Part shown: in pieces, positions 42,427 through 51,904 of the stretch
Position numbering within the stretch: the first letter of the stretch is position 1
Layout: each line of letters opens with the position of its first letter
Source: Myxococcota bacterium
GTDB taxonomy: Bacteria > Myxococcota_A > SURF-8
DNA length: 64,000 bases
NCBI GenBank assembly: GCA_963674735.2
Contig: CAXXQS010000001.1
Coordinates: 1,696,001-1,760,000 of the forward strand
Direction of reading: 5' to 3'
Translations under genes and position numbers: made by a program
The notes under the pieces: model-generated
Databases searched by the model: none
Seen by the model: only the letters and a program-made list of their open reading frames with translations
Told to the model about the DNA's origin: nothing

Positions 42427-43246
42427 GACGCAGACTCCGTGCCAAAAAAGAAAAAGGGGCAACTAGCGACCCGCAGAGCACATCACTAGCGCCCCCTCCT
42501 ATAGAGGCGTTGTGTGACTAGCACAACGCATACAGGCGGCGTCGTGCTCTGCGGTTTGTCTTGCCCAATCTCTCCAAATCTTCCGATCACGGGTAGTCAA
42601 TCCGTCAGCCCGCCTGGGCAGTAAAATTCCGGTTCGATTTGAACAGTGGAATCGTATCAAAATTATTGGTGGGGTTCGATGAATTTCGGATTAGGTAAGG
42701 TGGCCCCTCTAACCGGGCCGTTGAAACGATGTCGAAAATCCGTGTCGGTGATAGCCGCGCTGCCCGTGTTGAAGGTGTTAGAATGCTGCTATCTTCTACT
42801 CTCTATACACAAAAACGTATTAAGCCAAACCGAAAACCAGGGGCAAAGCAGGGAAATTTGACTGTGAAATATTGTGTGTACTTTGAGAGATGAATTCTGG
42901 TGGGTTTTGGGGACTTATCGCCGCTTATCATGTCTTTATTGTGATTCATAAGAGGTGCGTTCTGAGATTATGATGAACCCTTCTAGTTGCGCTCTACCCA
43001 TATACCACCCACTCGGACCCATTCTGTATTGCGGAATTCATATTCCATTTCTCGATGTTCTAGCTGACGCCCACATTCCTTTTTGAGCGCGGGGTATGCG
43101 TCTTTCGAGGATTAGGGAAGCGGTGGGAGTGTGAAGTCGAGTGCCCTTAGTGCGCTTTTAGGTTTGGTCGTTTGGGTCATAAGACACATCCTCGTTATGA
43201 TGCCTTTGAGAAAAGCAAGCTACTTCAAAATCTGCTGTTCAATGAT

Positions 43247-43837
43247 TCATTCGATCACGACTCGCAGCCGTGGGTTTCGGCGCTCCCTTATCGTGACTCC
43301 ATCCTCAATATTTCCGTCCACTAAACCAGCCTTGTCAAGGTGGTCGAGAAAATCTACGAAGTCCAGGTAAGAAAGCTGATCGCGGATGTCATCGGTCAGT
43401 CCATCGTACAGTTGCCTCGGTGTCTGTCGTCTCTCGCGGACCTCGTCGCGCAGCACCAACGTGGCCAGAATTTCCTCCTCCTTGCGACTCAAGGTCACCC
43501 GTTCCACTTGAAACAAGAGCGGCAGAATGGTTGGCAGCACGACCATCGGCAAATCGGGGAAACCGCAGGCGGCCAAGACACCGCTCAACACGGCTGTCGT
43601 GACGATAGTTTGCGAGATTCCAGAGCCGATTTTCAACTTATAACCGCCACCCAGAAACTCCAGTTCGGAATTTCCTCCTTCAATCGTTAACAAGACCTCC
43701 ATAAAAGTCTCCCGGCCTCTCTCGCGACCGGCAAAAGGGGCAGGAAAGAGTTCGTTCCAAATCTCCTCGATATCCACAACGTCCGATCCGCATTTCTCAG
43801 CCAAGCTTTGCAAAATCATTTCGTGTAAAACCTTCAT
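43247..43837 (-). CDS. Hypothetical protein with a central hydrophobic segment and a possible C-terminal winged helix
   Basis: Starts immediately after the upstream stop. Hydrophobic IVTTAVLSGVLAACG..VVLPTILPLLF; C-terminal pattern EEILATL..TPRQL..LDHLDKAGLV. Confidence 0.6.
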   Translation of the reverse strand: MKVLHEMILQSLAEKCGSDVVDIEEIWNELFPAPFAGRERGRETFMEVLLTIEGGNSELEFLGGGYKLKIGSGISQTIVTTAVLSGVLAACGFPDLPMVVLPTILPLLFQVERVTLSRKEEEILATLVLRDEVRERRQTPRQLYDGLTDDIRDQLSYLDFVDFLDHLDKAGLVDGNIEDGVTIRERRNPRLRVVIE

Positions 43838-45553
43838 TTACTCCCCCTCTTGTCTACCAAAATCACCGAAATCGAAGAAAGATTCCTCTCGGAATAGGTG
43901 TCCCAGCACAACTTGTAGTTCCCAAGCATGTTCGTGCAAAAAGGCTGCGTCCTCAATGAAAATCTCTGGATGCGCAAATTGCTCTCTCAGAAAATGGGCC
44001 ATCGCCCGCCACAGTACTGAGGAACCGGGAAGCAATAGTAATTTCTTACGTCCGGCCTCGGATCGAAAGACCAGAACATCGTGTCGGGACCGGTCGATGG
44101 TCATGTGAGCGACGGCGTACCTCACCCGCAGATTGGCATCGTCGAACCAAACAGGGAAATTTTCGAACGGAGGTATGTCCATCAGATAGGTCAAATCGGC
44201 GACCGTGGCCAGGGGATCGAACCAACGCTGAAGCCATTCTGCGTCTGCAAGCGACGACAGGTAAAAGCAACCGAGAACCGGGGCTATTTCCTTGGCTACA
44301 GTGCCGAAAGCCGTCAATTCCTCCGGCGACTCGATGATGAAATATTCAACAACTCGCCGAAGGTCGCTTCCCCTCTGGTAGCTGACCCGTAGGGCAACCA
44401 CGGGCGAGCTTTCAAAGCGGTCGAAGTTTTGTCGATCTTCCTGACTCAAGGCGACCTGCTCGACCATTCTCCGGGCTGGGCGCACGGTCAGAAAAAAATG
44501 ATCGTCAGGTGACGCGGAAGAGACCAAGCCACGCAGTTCCTTTACCGGGACTTCTGACAGTTGCTTCACAAGTCCGATAGGCTGCACAGCGTTTACGATA
44601 AGCCGCTCCATGCCGAATTGGACAGCAGCAAAGGTGTCGGCAGTTTCATGCTCCATCGCTGGTCGTAGGGAAATACCGCTTGAACCGGATGGCACCAGTT
44701 CTTTCTCTTTTTCGAGCAATCTCGCCGTGGATTCCCGCTGACCGTCCCAGGCAAGAGAGGCCGACCCTGCATCGTTCAGCAATCCAGCCAAAGCGTCGTG
44801 AAACGATTCCAGCAAATAACGTGACGCCTCGTCGAATTCCTCCGCTACGGCTGCCTCGTACAGTCGGTCATCTGCTTCGCTGGCGTCGAAAACATCCCAA
44901 GCGCTGAAATCCGGTTTCGCGAGCTTGGCTTTCATATATGCATCCTGCCAGAACGCTTCCGAAACGTTATCTAGGAGAACCTTCAATCGCTGGTCGGGAT
45001 AGTATCGAAAGCGCAAGTCGGATGGACGAAACTCCTGCAAACCACGATCCAGCAGCGTTTCAACTGCCGTTCCCTGCATGCACAGCCGCAGAGCCGCCGC
45101 TGCCGCGTTGTGACGCAAGTAACCACCGGAAAAACCACGAGCCAGCGACTCTCCGATTCTGTAGTAACGTAGGTAGCGTGGATAGTTCTCCAGGAGGCCC
45201 GGGTCGGGACTACCCTGACTCAGAATCATCATGCTTAAGTAGGTTGCATTGCTTTCGTGTACCGTGCGGCATCTGTCGAGCAGTGTCAGGAAGGTTCGCT
45301 GATAATGCTCCTCCTCCGGCAGGCGCAATGCGAGGTCGGCGTAGACGTGAAGCAACGAACCGTATGCGGTTGTATCCGTGAGGGTCGAATGCAGCGATTC
45401 ATGCAGACTGACCAGGACGGTTTGGTCTGAGACGGATTCCCCCGAGGCCAGGATATCCCAGGTGAAAAGACGGTTGCGACCGGAAGGATGGTCGTCGCCA
45501 CCTTTCAGTAGCAGGTCTTTGAGATCGGAAGGAGAAAACGGCACGAAATACAC
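43838..45553 (-). CDS. Putative zinc metallopeptidase (HExxH, gluzincin-like) with an unknown C-terminal region
   Basis: LHESLH followed about 45 aa later by VHESNAT (third-ligand Glu pattern); GGAGG RBS. Confidence 0.55.
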   Translation of the reverse strand: MYFVPFSPSDLKDLLLKGGDDHPSGRNRLFTWDILASGESVSDQTVLVSLHESLHSTLTDTTAYGSLLHVYADLALRLPEEEHYQRTFLTLLDRCRTVHESNATYLSMMILSQGSPDPGLLENYPRYLRYYRIGESLARGFSGGYLRHNAAAAALRLCMQGTAVETLLDRGLQEFRPSDLRFRYYPDQRLKVLLDNVSEAFWQDAYMKAKLAKPDFSAWDVFDASEADDRLYEAAVAEEFDEASRYLLESFHDALAGLLNDAGSASLAWDGQRESTARLLEKEKELVPSGSSGISLRPAMEHETADTFAAVQFGMERLIVNAVQPIGLVKQLSEVPVKELRGLVSSASPDDHFFLTVRPARRMVEQVALSQEDRQNFDRFESSPVVALRVSYQRGSDLRRVVEYFIIESPEELTAFGTVAKEIAPVLGCFYLSSLADAEWLQRWFDPLATVADLTYLMDIPPFENFPVWFDDANLRVRYAVAHMTIDRSRHDVLVFRSEAGRKKLLLLPGSSVLWRAMAHFLREQFAHPEIFIEDAAFLHEHAWELQVVLGHLFREESFFDFGDFGRQEGE

Positions 45554-45559
45554 CTCCTG

Positions 45560-46915
45560 TCAGATCAATTTCTCCGCGTACCGCTGCTTGATCTTCTCTA
45601 CGAAATCAAGCAAGACTGGTTTCGCTTCCATCTCCCTACGGTCAAGCAGGTGGTCGATGGCGCGTAGACTCCCCTCGACGCCTTTCTCCAAACGCTCGGC
45701 CCACTCTTTCCTCCCGGCAAGGCGCAGTCCCGACGCGATCAATTCGTTGGCGGTCTTGGGAAGATCGTAAAAGGGGACTATCAGCGATGCGGTAGCGCTG
45801 AGCATTTCATGAGCTTCACGGGTCTGTTTTTCCTTTCGGTAGAGTGGAAGCTCACTTTGGATTTCGTTATCGTATTCTCGCTGTAGTTCTGTCTCGAACT
45901 GGGCGAGTTCCTCCATAAGCAGCACCAACCTTTCCGGATCGTGGATAGCCAATCCCTCTTTGGTCCGCTCCAGGATCAGATTGTATTTGTCGATGAAGCG
46001 ACCGCTAACAGCAACCTCATGCAAATCCAGCGCATCCTCAATGGTCAGCGCATCCAGCACGTCCACTGGGAAGTGGGAGTGCGTGGCCTGCTTGACCAGG
46101 TCGACGAAGAGTTTGAAAAACACCTGCATCTCGGAAAGGCATGTGCGGCCTCCGGCAAGGTCGGTCAAACTGAAGTCCAACAGGTTTTCCTGCGGCAGGA
46201 CGCCTTCCGATTGAACGGCCACAGCCCCCGACAGGTAATAGATAAAGTCTGCCCAGTTGCTGAGGATTCCCCATAATTGCTTGTGTCCGGTTGCTTTGGC
46301 GATCCGGTAGACCTCTCCTCTACTTATGCTCGATAGATTTTGAAGTTCCCCAGTAACCTTGGGCCAATCGAAATAATCGTTTGGGGCTGCCAAACGGAGG
46401 ATACTTTGGCGATCTTCAATATCCCGCAAGAGCCGCTCTTTGAACCAGCCGCTGGTCGCGCGGACGTCCCATGGAGTGATCCAACGGGAGCTTTCGTCAA
46501 CCACCTGGACCATTTCAAGGCGGGGACCTCCCTTGTAAAGATCGGCTTCCTTGCCTTCGGCGATCTTGGAATCCGCGAACTCCCGAAGAGACCCGAACTC
46601 GGATCGTAGGGCAGGGATGATAAGGCCGTCACTGAACAGCCTTGGGTGGGGCAGCAGGATTTCGTGCGCAAGTTCCGATTCGATCAGGTGGGAGGCCGCA
46701 ATGACGACATGCCCCTTTACAAGGGCCAGGAGTTTCAGTTTCCGTTCCAGGGAGAGTTTGATCCCCTCCACGTCGTCCGCCGTCCAGGCGACCTGGGAAT
46801 AGGTCACACGGTCAAACTCCGTGAAGTAGACTCTGCTCATCTGAATTTCATCGGGAGCGAGTCGCTTCATCGAAATATTCTCCACTTCGTTCGTATCCAA
46901 GTTCTTTCTTGCCAA
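45560..46915 (-). CDS. Hypothetical protein, mostly helical
   Basis: 451-aa ORF, 6 bp from the next gene; no confident motif. Confidence 0.65.
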   Translation of the reverse strand: MARKNLDTNEVENISMKRLAPDEIQMSRVYFTEFDRVTYSQVAWTADDVEGIKLSLERKLKLLALVKGHVVIAASHLIESELAHEILLPHPRLFSDGLIIPALRSEFGSLREFADSKIAEGKEADLYKGGPRLEMVQVVDESSRWITPWDVRATSGWFKERLLRDIEDRQSILRLAAPNDYFDWPKVTGELQNLSSISRGEVYRIAKATGHKQLWGILSNWADFIYYLSGAVAVQSEGVLPQENLLDFSLTDLAGGRTCLSEMQVFFKLFVDLVKQATHSHFPVDVLDALTIEDALDLHEVAVSGRFIDKYNLILERTKEGLAIHDPERLVLLMEELAQFETELQREYDNEIQSELPLYRKEKQTREAHEMLSATASLIVPFYDLPKTANELIASGLRLAGRKEWAERLEKGVEGSLRAIDHLLDRREMEAKPVLLDFVEKIKQRYAEKLI

Positions 46916-47394
46916 CTAGCGATTCGATGATGAATAAGCATTTCAATAATTACAAAGTAAGTCTCGGGTGTGTCCTTGTCTTATTCAGGATACTGAGATC
47001 GGAAGCCATCCTGTCATCAAGCGGATAGTGCCATTCCAAGCACCAAAATGTGTATCGAGAACAGTGATAAGCTTCTCAGAATTTTTTCCTTTTTCATTCT
47101 CGGATGTTCCAAACGTTACCTGTGCATTCTGCCAGAAAACCAATCATCCATCCAGATAATTGAAATGCTTTATGGCTTCTTGCTTTCAGTTCATTGGTAA
47201 GTGTATTCATTTTGCCAAATAATGTCACACCTGAACCTTTATGCTTCTCAATGAACCGATTTGCTATTATTCGCTACTTGAAAACCGGGGAAGACCATGT
47301 TATAAAATTAGCCAATCCTGGAAAAGCTTTCCGGGATTTTCTTTTTTCAGCTGACCGATAAGTCAGAAGCAGCCCAAACAAAAAGGGGAAAATC

Positions 47395-48611
47395 ATGCAC
47401 CAGATGCAGGATGTCGACGTGTCTTTACTGTCTCCGTGGGAAGACAATCCGAGGCAAAATGAAGCGGCTATTGATGCAGTGGCGAAAAGCATCAAAGCCT
47501 TCGGATTCAACGTACCGATCCTCTGTGACGAGGATTACAAAATCATTGCCGGTCACACCCGATGGAAAGCGGCGCAAAAACTCGACTTGGAAAAAGTTCC
47601 CGTCATTACTCTTCAAATGAGTGATGCACAGCGAAAAGCTTATGCTATCGCCGACAACAAAACAGCGGAAATCGCCGACTGGGACTTCCCCAAACTGAGG
47701 GACATCCTCGAAGAACTCCGGGCGGAGGATGTCGACTTGGGGAGTTGGGATTCTCGGATGATGAATTACGCCGTTTTCTCAAGCCGAAGGGAATTGACGA
47801 AAATGACGTGCCTCCCATTATGGACGCGCCGGTGACAGAAAAAGGGGACTTATGGATTCTCGGAAACCATCGCTTGCTATGCGGCGATTCCCGTGATTCC
47901 GAAACGATAAACACGTTATTGGATGGAAAACGGGTCGATCATGTTTTCGGCGGCCCGCCGTACTTCAACCAGCGTCAATACGCTCAATGGTCGACGTATG
48001 AAGACTACCTCGGCGACATGAAGACAATCCTTGAAATCTGTTGCGATTCGCTCGTTGACGGTGGAGTGTTGGTATGGAATATCGCCAATGAATGCTCAGC
48101 GCATCTCGATCTCACGTCCCACCATTCCGGTTTGCTCGAATCCGTGGGTATGACATATCTTGACACACTCATCTGGTACAAAACCCAAGCGAATTATCTG
48201 ATTCCCCGTAACTTCCATATTCGCAGAAACGGTCGGTATTATCCGGCTTTTCAGTGGGAAGCTCTGCTGGTATTTCAAAAGGCGGGGAAAATGCCGAAGA
48301 TGAGCAAGGAGGCGGTCAAGTATATGAGCGAACATCATACCAACGTCTGGGAAGTTCCTGCCATCACCAAACAGTCCGAAAAATTCGGCCATCCGGCGGT
48401 TTGCCCGGCCGAGATTCCGTATCGTTCCATGCTCGCTTATTCGGGAGAAAGCGCACATGTTTTTGAGCCATTTGGCGGCAGCAGCACGACCCTGATTGCG
48501 GCAGAAAAAGCTAAACGCCACGCTTTCTTGATGGAGCAACATCCGATATACTGCGATCAGATCGTCAAACGCTGGGAAGTCTACACGGGAGAAAAAGCAA
48601 GGAAGGCATGA
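47395..48611 (+). pseudogene. ParB-N domain fused to an N4/N6 DNA methyltransferase, split by a 1-bp frameshift near 47745
   Basis: NPR..SIKAFGF..IIAGHTRW..IADNK (ParB), then LGNHRLLCGDS, GPPY, HPA..P and FEPFGGS (methyltransferase). One extra T in GGGAGTTGGGA would restore GSLGFSDDEL. Confidence 0.8.
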
Positions 48612-49786
48612 CAAAGAAGCCTGATACCCAAACCCAACTTCCGTTTGATTCGCCGCCCGCATGGCAATTGCCGGAAGCGTACCAACCGACTCGCCCGGCG
48701 CTTTTGTCCGTGGAGCGGGTCATTTTCGCTCGTGGTGCGCTGGATACGCCGGAACGGCAGGCTTATGCTGAGCGCATCTGCGCCTTGTATCCAAACGCCG
48801 AACAAATCGACCGGACGGATACGCCACACAGCCGCGTTCAACTGGGCGAGGGCGATCCGTATAAGCGTCATCGCAAGGGCAAGACTACGCTGGTTTTCGG
48901 TGAGCATAAAAGCTCTGTTCGCAAGAGCGAGGAAAGTGGCAACACCTGCCCGAACTACTGGCATTTTTCGCCCACCGGATTCTGCTTCTACGATTGCCAG
49001 TACTGTTACCTGGCCGGGACGGCAACCGTCTGGCATTCGCCGACGATTCGTATCTATGTGAACCTGGAGGAAATCATCGCCGAGATCGACCGTACGGCCC
49101 GAAAACTCGCCGAGCCGACCGCCTTTTACATCGGCAAGTTGCAGGACGGTCTGGCGCTCGATCCGCTGACCGGCTACTCAAGCGTGCTGGTGCCGTTTTT
49201 CGCTCAGCATCCCTATGCTCGGCAGGTATTGCTTACCAAGTCGGCGGACGTAAACCAATTGCTCGACCTGGAGCATGGCGGCAACACAATTCTTTCGTGG
49301 AGTCTCAACCCGCCGGAGGTGTCCGAAGCCTTTGAGCGCAACGTACCGACGCCCCGAGAACGTCTGGCTGCCATGAAGCAAGCATCCGAGGCAGGCTATC
49401 CGGTACGAGCCGTTTTGATGCCGATCATTCCGGTTGAAAACTGGCAGGAAATTTACACCAGTTTCATCGAGGAACTTCTTTCAAGCGTTCCCCTGACGCG
49501 TCTGACTATGGGCGGCATTTGCAGCTATAAAGGCGCGACGCGCTTGATGGAAAAGAAGCTCGGCAAGGGAAACCTCATTTCGGAGAGCTTTGTTTCAGAT
49601 GCGGAATGTGCCGATGGCCGCAGGCGTTATCCTTTCGAGTTGCGCGTGGAGATGTATCGCCACCTGATCGACACAGCAAGACGGATTCGGCCCGACCTGG
49701 AGTTGGCATTGTGCCTCGAAGAACCACTCGTTTGGGACGCCCTTGGACTGACGGCCAGCCGGGGCCGATGCAATTGCGTGCTGTGA
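48608..49786 (+). CDS. Spore photoproduct lyase-like radical SAM protein
   Basis: CFYDCQYCYL, G..QDGLALDP, LLTKS, SWSLNP, ERL.A and PIIP motifs characteristic of the SPL family. Confidence 0.8.
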   Translation: MTKKPDTQTQLPFDSPPAWQLPEAYQPTRPALLSVERVIFARGALDTPERQAYAERICALYPNAEQIDRTDTPHSRVQLGEGDPYKRHRKGKTTLVFGEHKSSVRKSEESGNTCPNYWHFSPTGFCFYDCQYCYLAGTATVWHSPTIRIYVNLEEIIAEIDRTARKLAEPTAFYIGKLQDGLALDPLTGYSSVLVPFFAQHPYARQVLLTKSADVNQLLDLEHGGNTILSWSLNPPEVSEAFERNVPTPRERLAAMKQASEAGYPVRAVLMPIIPVENWQEIYTSFIEELLSSVPLTRLTMGGICSYKGATRLMEKKLGKGNLISESFVSDAECADGRRRYPFELRVEMYRHLIDTARRIRPDLELALCLEEPLVWDALGLTASRGRCNCVL

Positions 49787-49793
49787 GGCGTCC

Positions 49794-50258
49794 ATGACGA
49801 AAACGAACCAAACCGGCTATATCTTTCCGCCCGACGACATGGCAGATGTCGTCGAACCCGATTTCATCAGTACATGCCTGTTGGGTGTCCCTACTCGCTG
49901 GCATGGACGACGCGCCAAGCGGCGCGATACGCTCATTGAGAGGCTGAAGAAACGTTACATTCTCGTTCCTGTCTGCCCAGAGCAACTGGGTGGAATGTCC
50001 ACCCCTCGAACCGGCGAAACGCTGGAAGGCGCTACTGGAGCGGATGTGCTTGACAAAGGCGTGAGGATCATCGCGCCCGAAAACGGAAAAGACGTCACCG
50101 CCTATCACGTTAACGGCGCAAAATACGCACTGGAGTTGGCGCGAATCATCGGCATTAAACGCGCCTACCTGAAAAGCGGCAGTCCGTCCTGTAATAAGGA
50201 AGGCCTGGCGGGAGAAATTCTGACACGAGCCGGAATCAAGGTCATTCGCATTCCGTAA
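49794..50258 (+). CDS. DUF523 (thiouracil desulfidase TudS-like) Fe-S protein
   Basis: ISTCLLG..RW.G, VCPEQLGG..TPR and LK..SPSC; all three conserved Cys are present. Confidence 0.85.
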   Translation: MTKTNQTGYIFPPDDMADVVEPDFISTCLLGVPTRWHGRRAKRRDTLIERLKKRYILVPVCPEQLGGMSTPRTGETLEGATGADVLDKGVRIIAPENGKDVTAYHVNGAKYALELARIIGIKRAYLKSGSPSCNKEGLAGEILTRAGIKVIRIP

Positions 50259-50317
50259 TACTTGAACGAAAAGCCCGAAAATATCTATACAACCACCCAC
50301 CATAAGGAGAATTTCTC

Positions 50318-50719
50318 ATGGCAATGGAGATGTTTGTCGATGTATTGGAAGCATTCAAGGCCAACGAAAAACCGGAAGGCGTTTTGATCGTGGCCGACAA
50401 TCAAGACCTCATCAAAATCGTTGTCGCCTGGACAAATACGGATGTCCGGCAGGTCAAGAAAATGAGCAAACCGCCGGAGGACTCGGAAGTTGGGCGCTGG
50501 GACTGGATGTGGAAGTATACACGATTTTCGCAACAGGAGTTGATCCGAAAAGGAGCACAGCCGAGCTATGGCTTCGAGGGACGGTTGGCGTCGCTCATCG
50601 GCAATCGGATTCTGTATCCCGATGGCACGATCAACTCGTTTGTCGAGCGCTATTTGCGAGAACGTGTGCTGAAACTCTACGATGCCAAGCCGAAAAAACC
50701 TAGAAAGAAAGCGAGTTGA
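50318..50719 (+). CDS. Hypothetical protein
   Basis: 133 aa with an AAGGAG RBS and a basic C-terminus. Confidence 0.65.
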   Translation: MAMEMFVDVLEAFKANEKPEGVLIVADNQDLIKIVVAWTNTDVRQVKKMSKPPEDSEVGRWDWMWKYTRFSQQELIRKGAQPSYGFEGRLASLIGNRILYPDGTINSFVERYLRERVLKLYDAKPKKPRKKAS

Positions 50720-50840
50720 CTCGATTCATCTCAAGGCCGCTATAAAACTATCTGCGCCTCCCGAACCAGCAAGTCCCGGTCCACACTGGGAGTGGTCCAG
50801 AAGTTCCGGTAGGCGTCTCTTATCGGGAGCCAAACTATCT

Positions 50841-50866
50841 AGCCCACCAACTTTGGTGGGCTTTTT
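50841..50866 (+). terminator. Intrinsic terminator
   Basis: Stem AGCCCACCAA/TTGGTGGGCT followed by a T-run. Confidence 0.7.
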
Positions 50867-50886
50867 ATGTGGTCGAAGACAGAATA

Positions 50887-51392
50887 CCACGGGCATGCCC
50901 GTGGATGAATGAGCCCGGCGGTGGTATGATGTTGGAATGGAATGTATCAAGTCAGCTCATAGCGTTTACAGTCTGCACTACCATGTAGTGTGGGTAAGCA
51001 AGTACCGCCGCCGGATCCTGAAGCCTGGCGTCTGTACGTATTTACGGAAAGTATTGCCGAAGTTGCTGAGGAAAATGCCCGGCGTGGAGCTAGAGACGAT
51101 TGGCTTTGACCAGGATCACCTTCATATGGTGATGGTGATTCCCCCGACCTATCGCATTTCGGATGTAATGGGACAATTGAAAAGCCAATCGTCGTCGCAC
51201 ATGCGAAAATCCTTCAAGTGGTTATCGAAAGTTTATTGGAAGGAAAACCTAGTATGGTCGTCGGGCTATTTTGTCAGCAGCGTAGGCGTCGATGAGGAAA
51301 CCGTAAAGAATTACGTTGAACATCAAGGACGCCAGGATTCAGGTCAGCTTCGCATGAAGCTGTAACAGTAAGGACCCCGGGCATGCCCGGGG
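50887..51392 (+). mobile_element. tnpA: IS200/IS605-family element, tnpA only (CDS 50937-51365)
   Basis: YHVVW..KYRR, DHLH (HUH), W..GYF and Y...Q motifs. Subterminal hairpins CCACGGGCATGCCCGTGG (50887) and CCCCGGGCATGCCCGGGG (51375). Confidence 0.92.
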
Positions 51393-51904
51393 GAATCTAT
51401 TTAACAGCTATGCGGGTTCTCACAGTCTTGCATAGCTGCTTGAATTTTATGCTTTTTCCGTTTCGACGGTCGGCGACTTGAATTCTGAGAACGGATGACG
51501 GATCACCAGCTTCCTCGTCCCAGTAGCCCCATCTGGCCGCTTCTTGCCTCTCAGAACCAGAGAACGGGTAAAGAACGGGTTGGCTGGTTAACAGCAATTG
51601 ATTTTATTTGATACTTGACAATTCGGGGTGGTTAACAGCAAAAATGAGCGACCTTCTAAGCTCTTGTAATCATAAGATATTCCCGCTTGTTAAACTGAGA
51701 ATAAAAATCGGTTTGCAAAGGGCTACGACGGGGCTTCAAGATGTATGTTCACGCAAACCGGGAGTCGATCAGGGAATGTCGTTTAAATTCATGGGGATAC
51801 AATTTCGACCTGCCGGTTAACAGCACGGCCTCGGAAAGCCGTCTCAGCGTGGCGAGTCGCCCAGTCTACCGGGAAATACCACAAAAAAGCCACGCTGGTC
51901 TTGA

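Noticed and set aside
46930-47280. AT-rich gap that might hide a fourth gene of the peptidase operon
   Set aside because: Only short interrupted frames; treated as a divergent promoter region or gene remnant.
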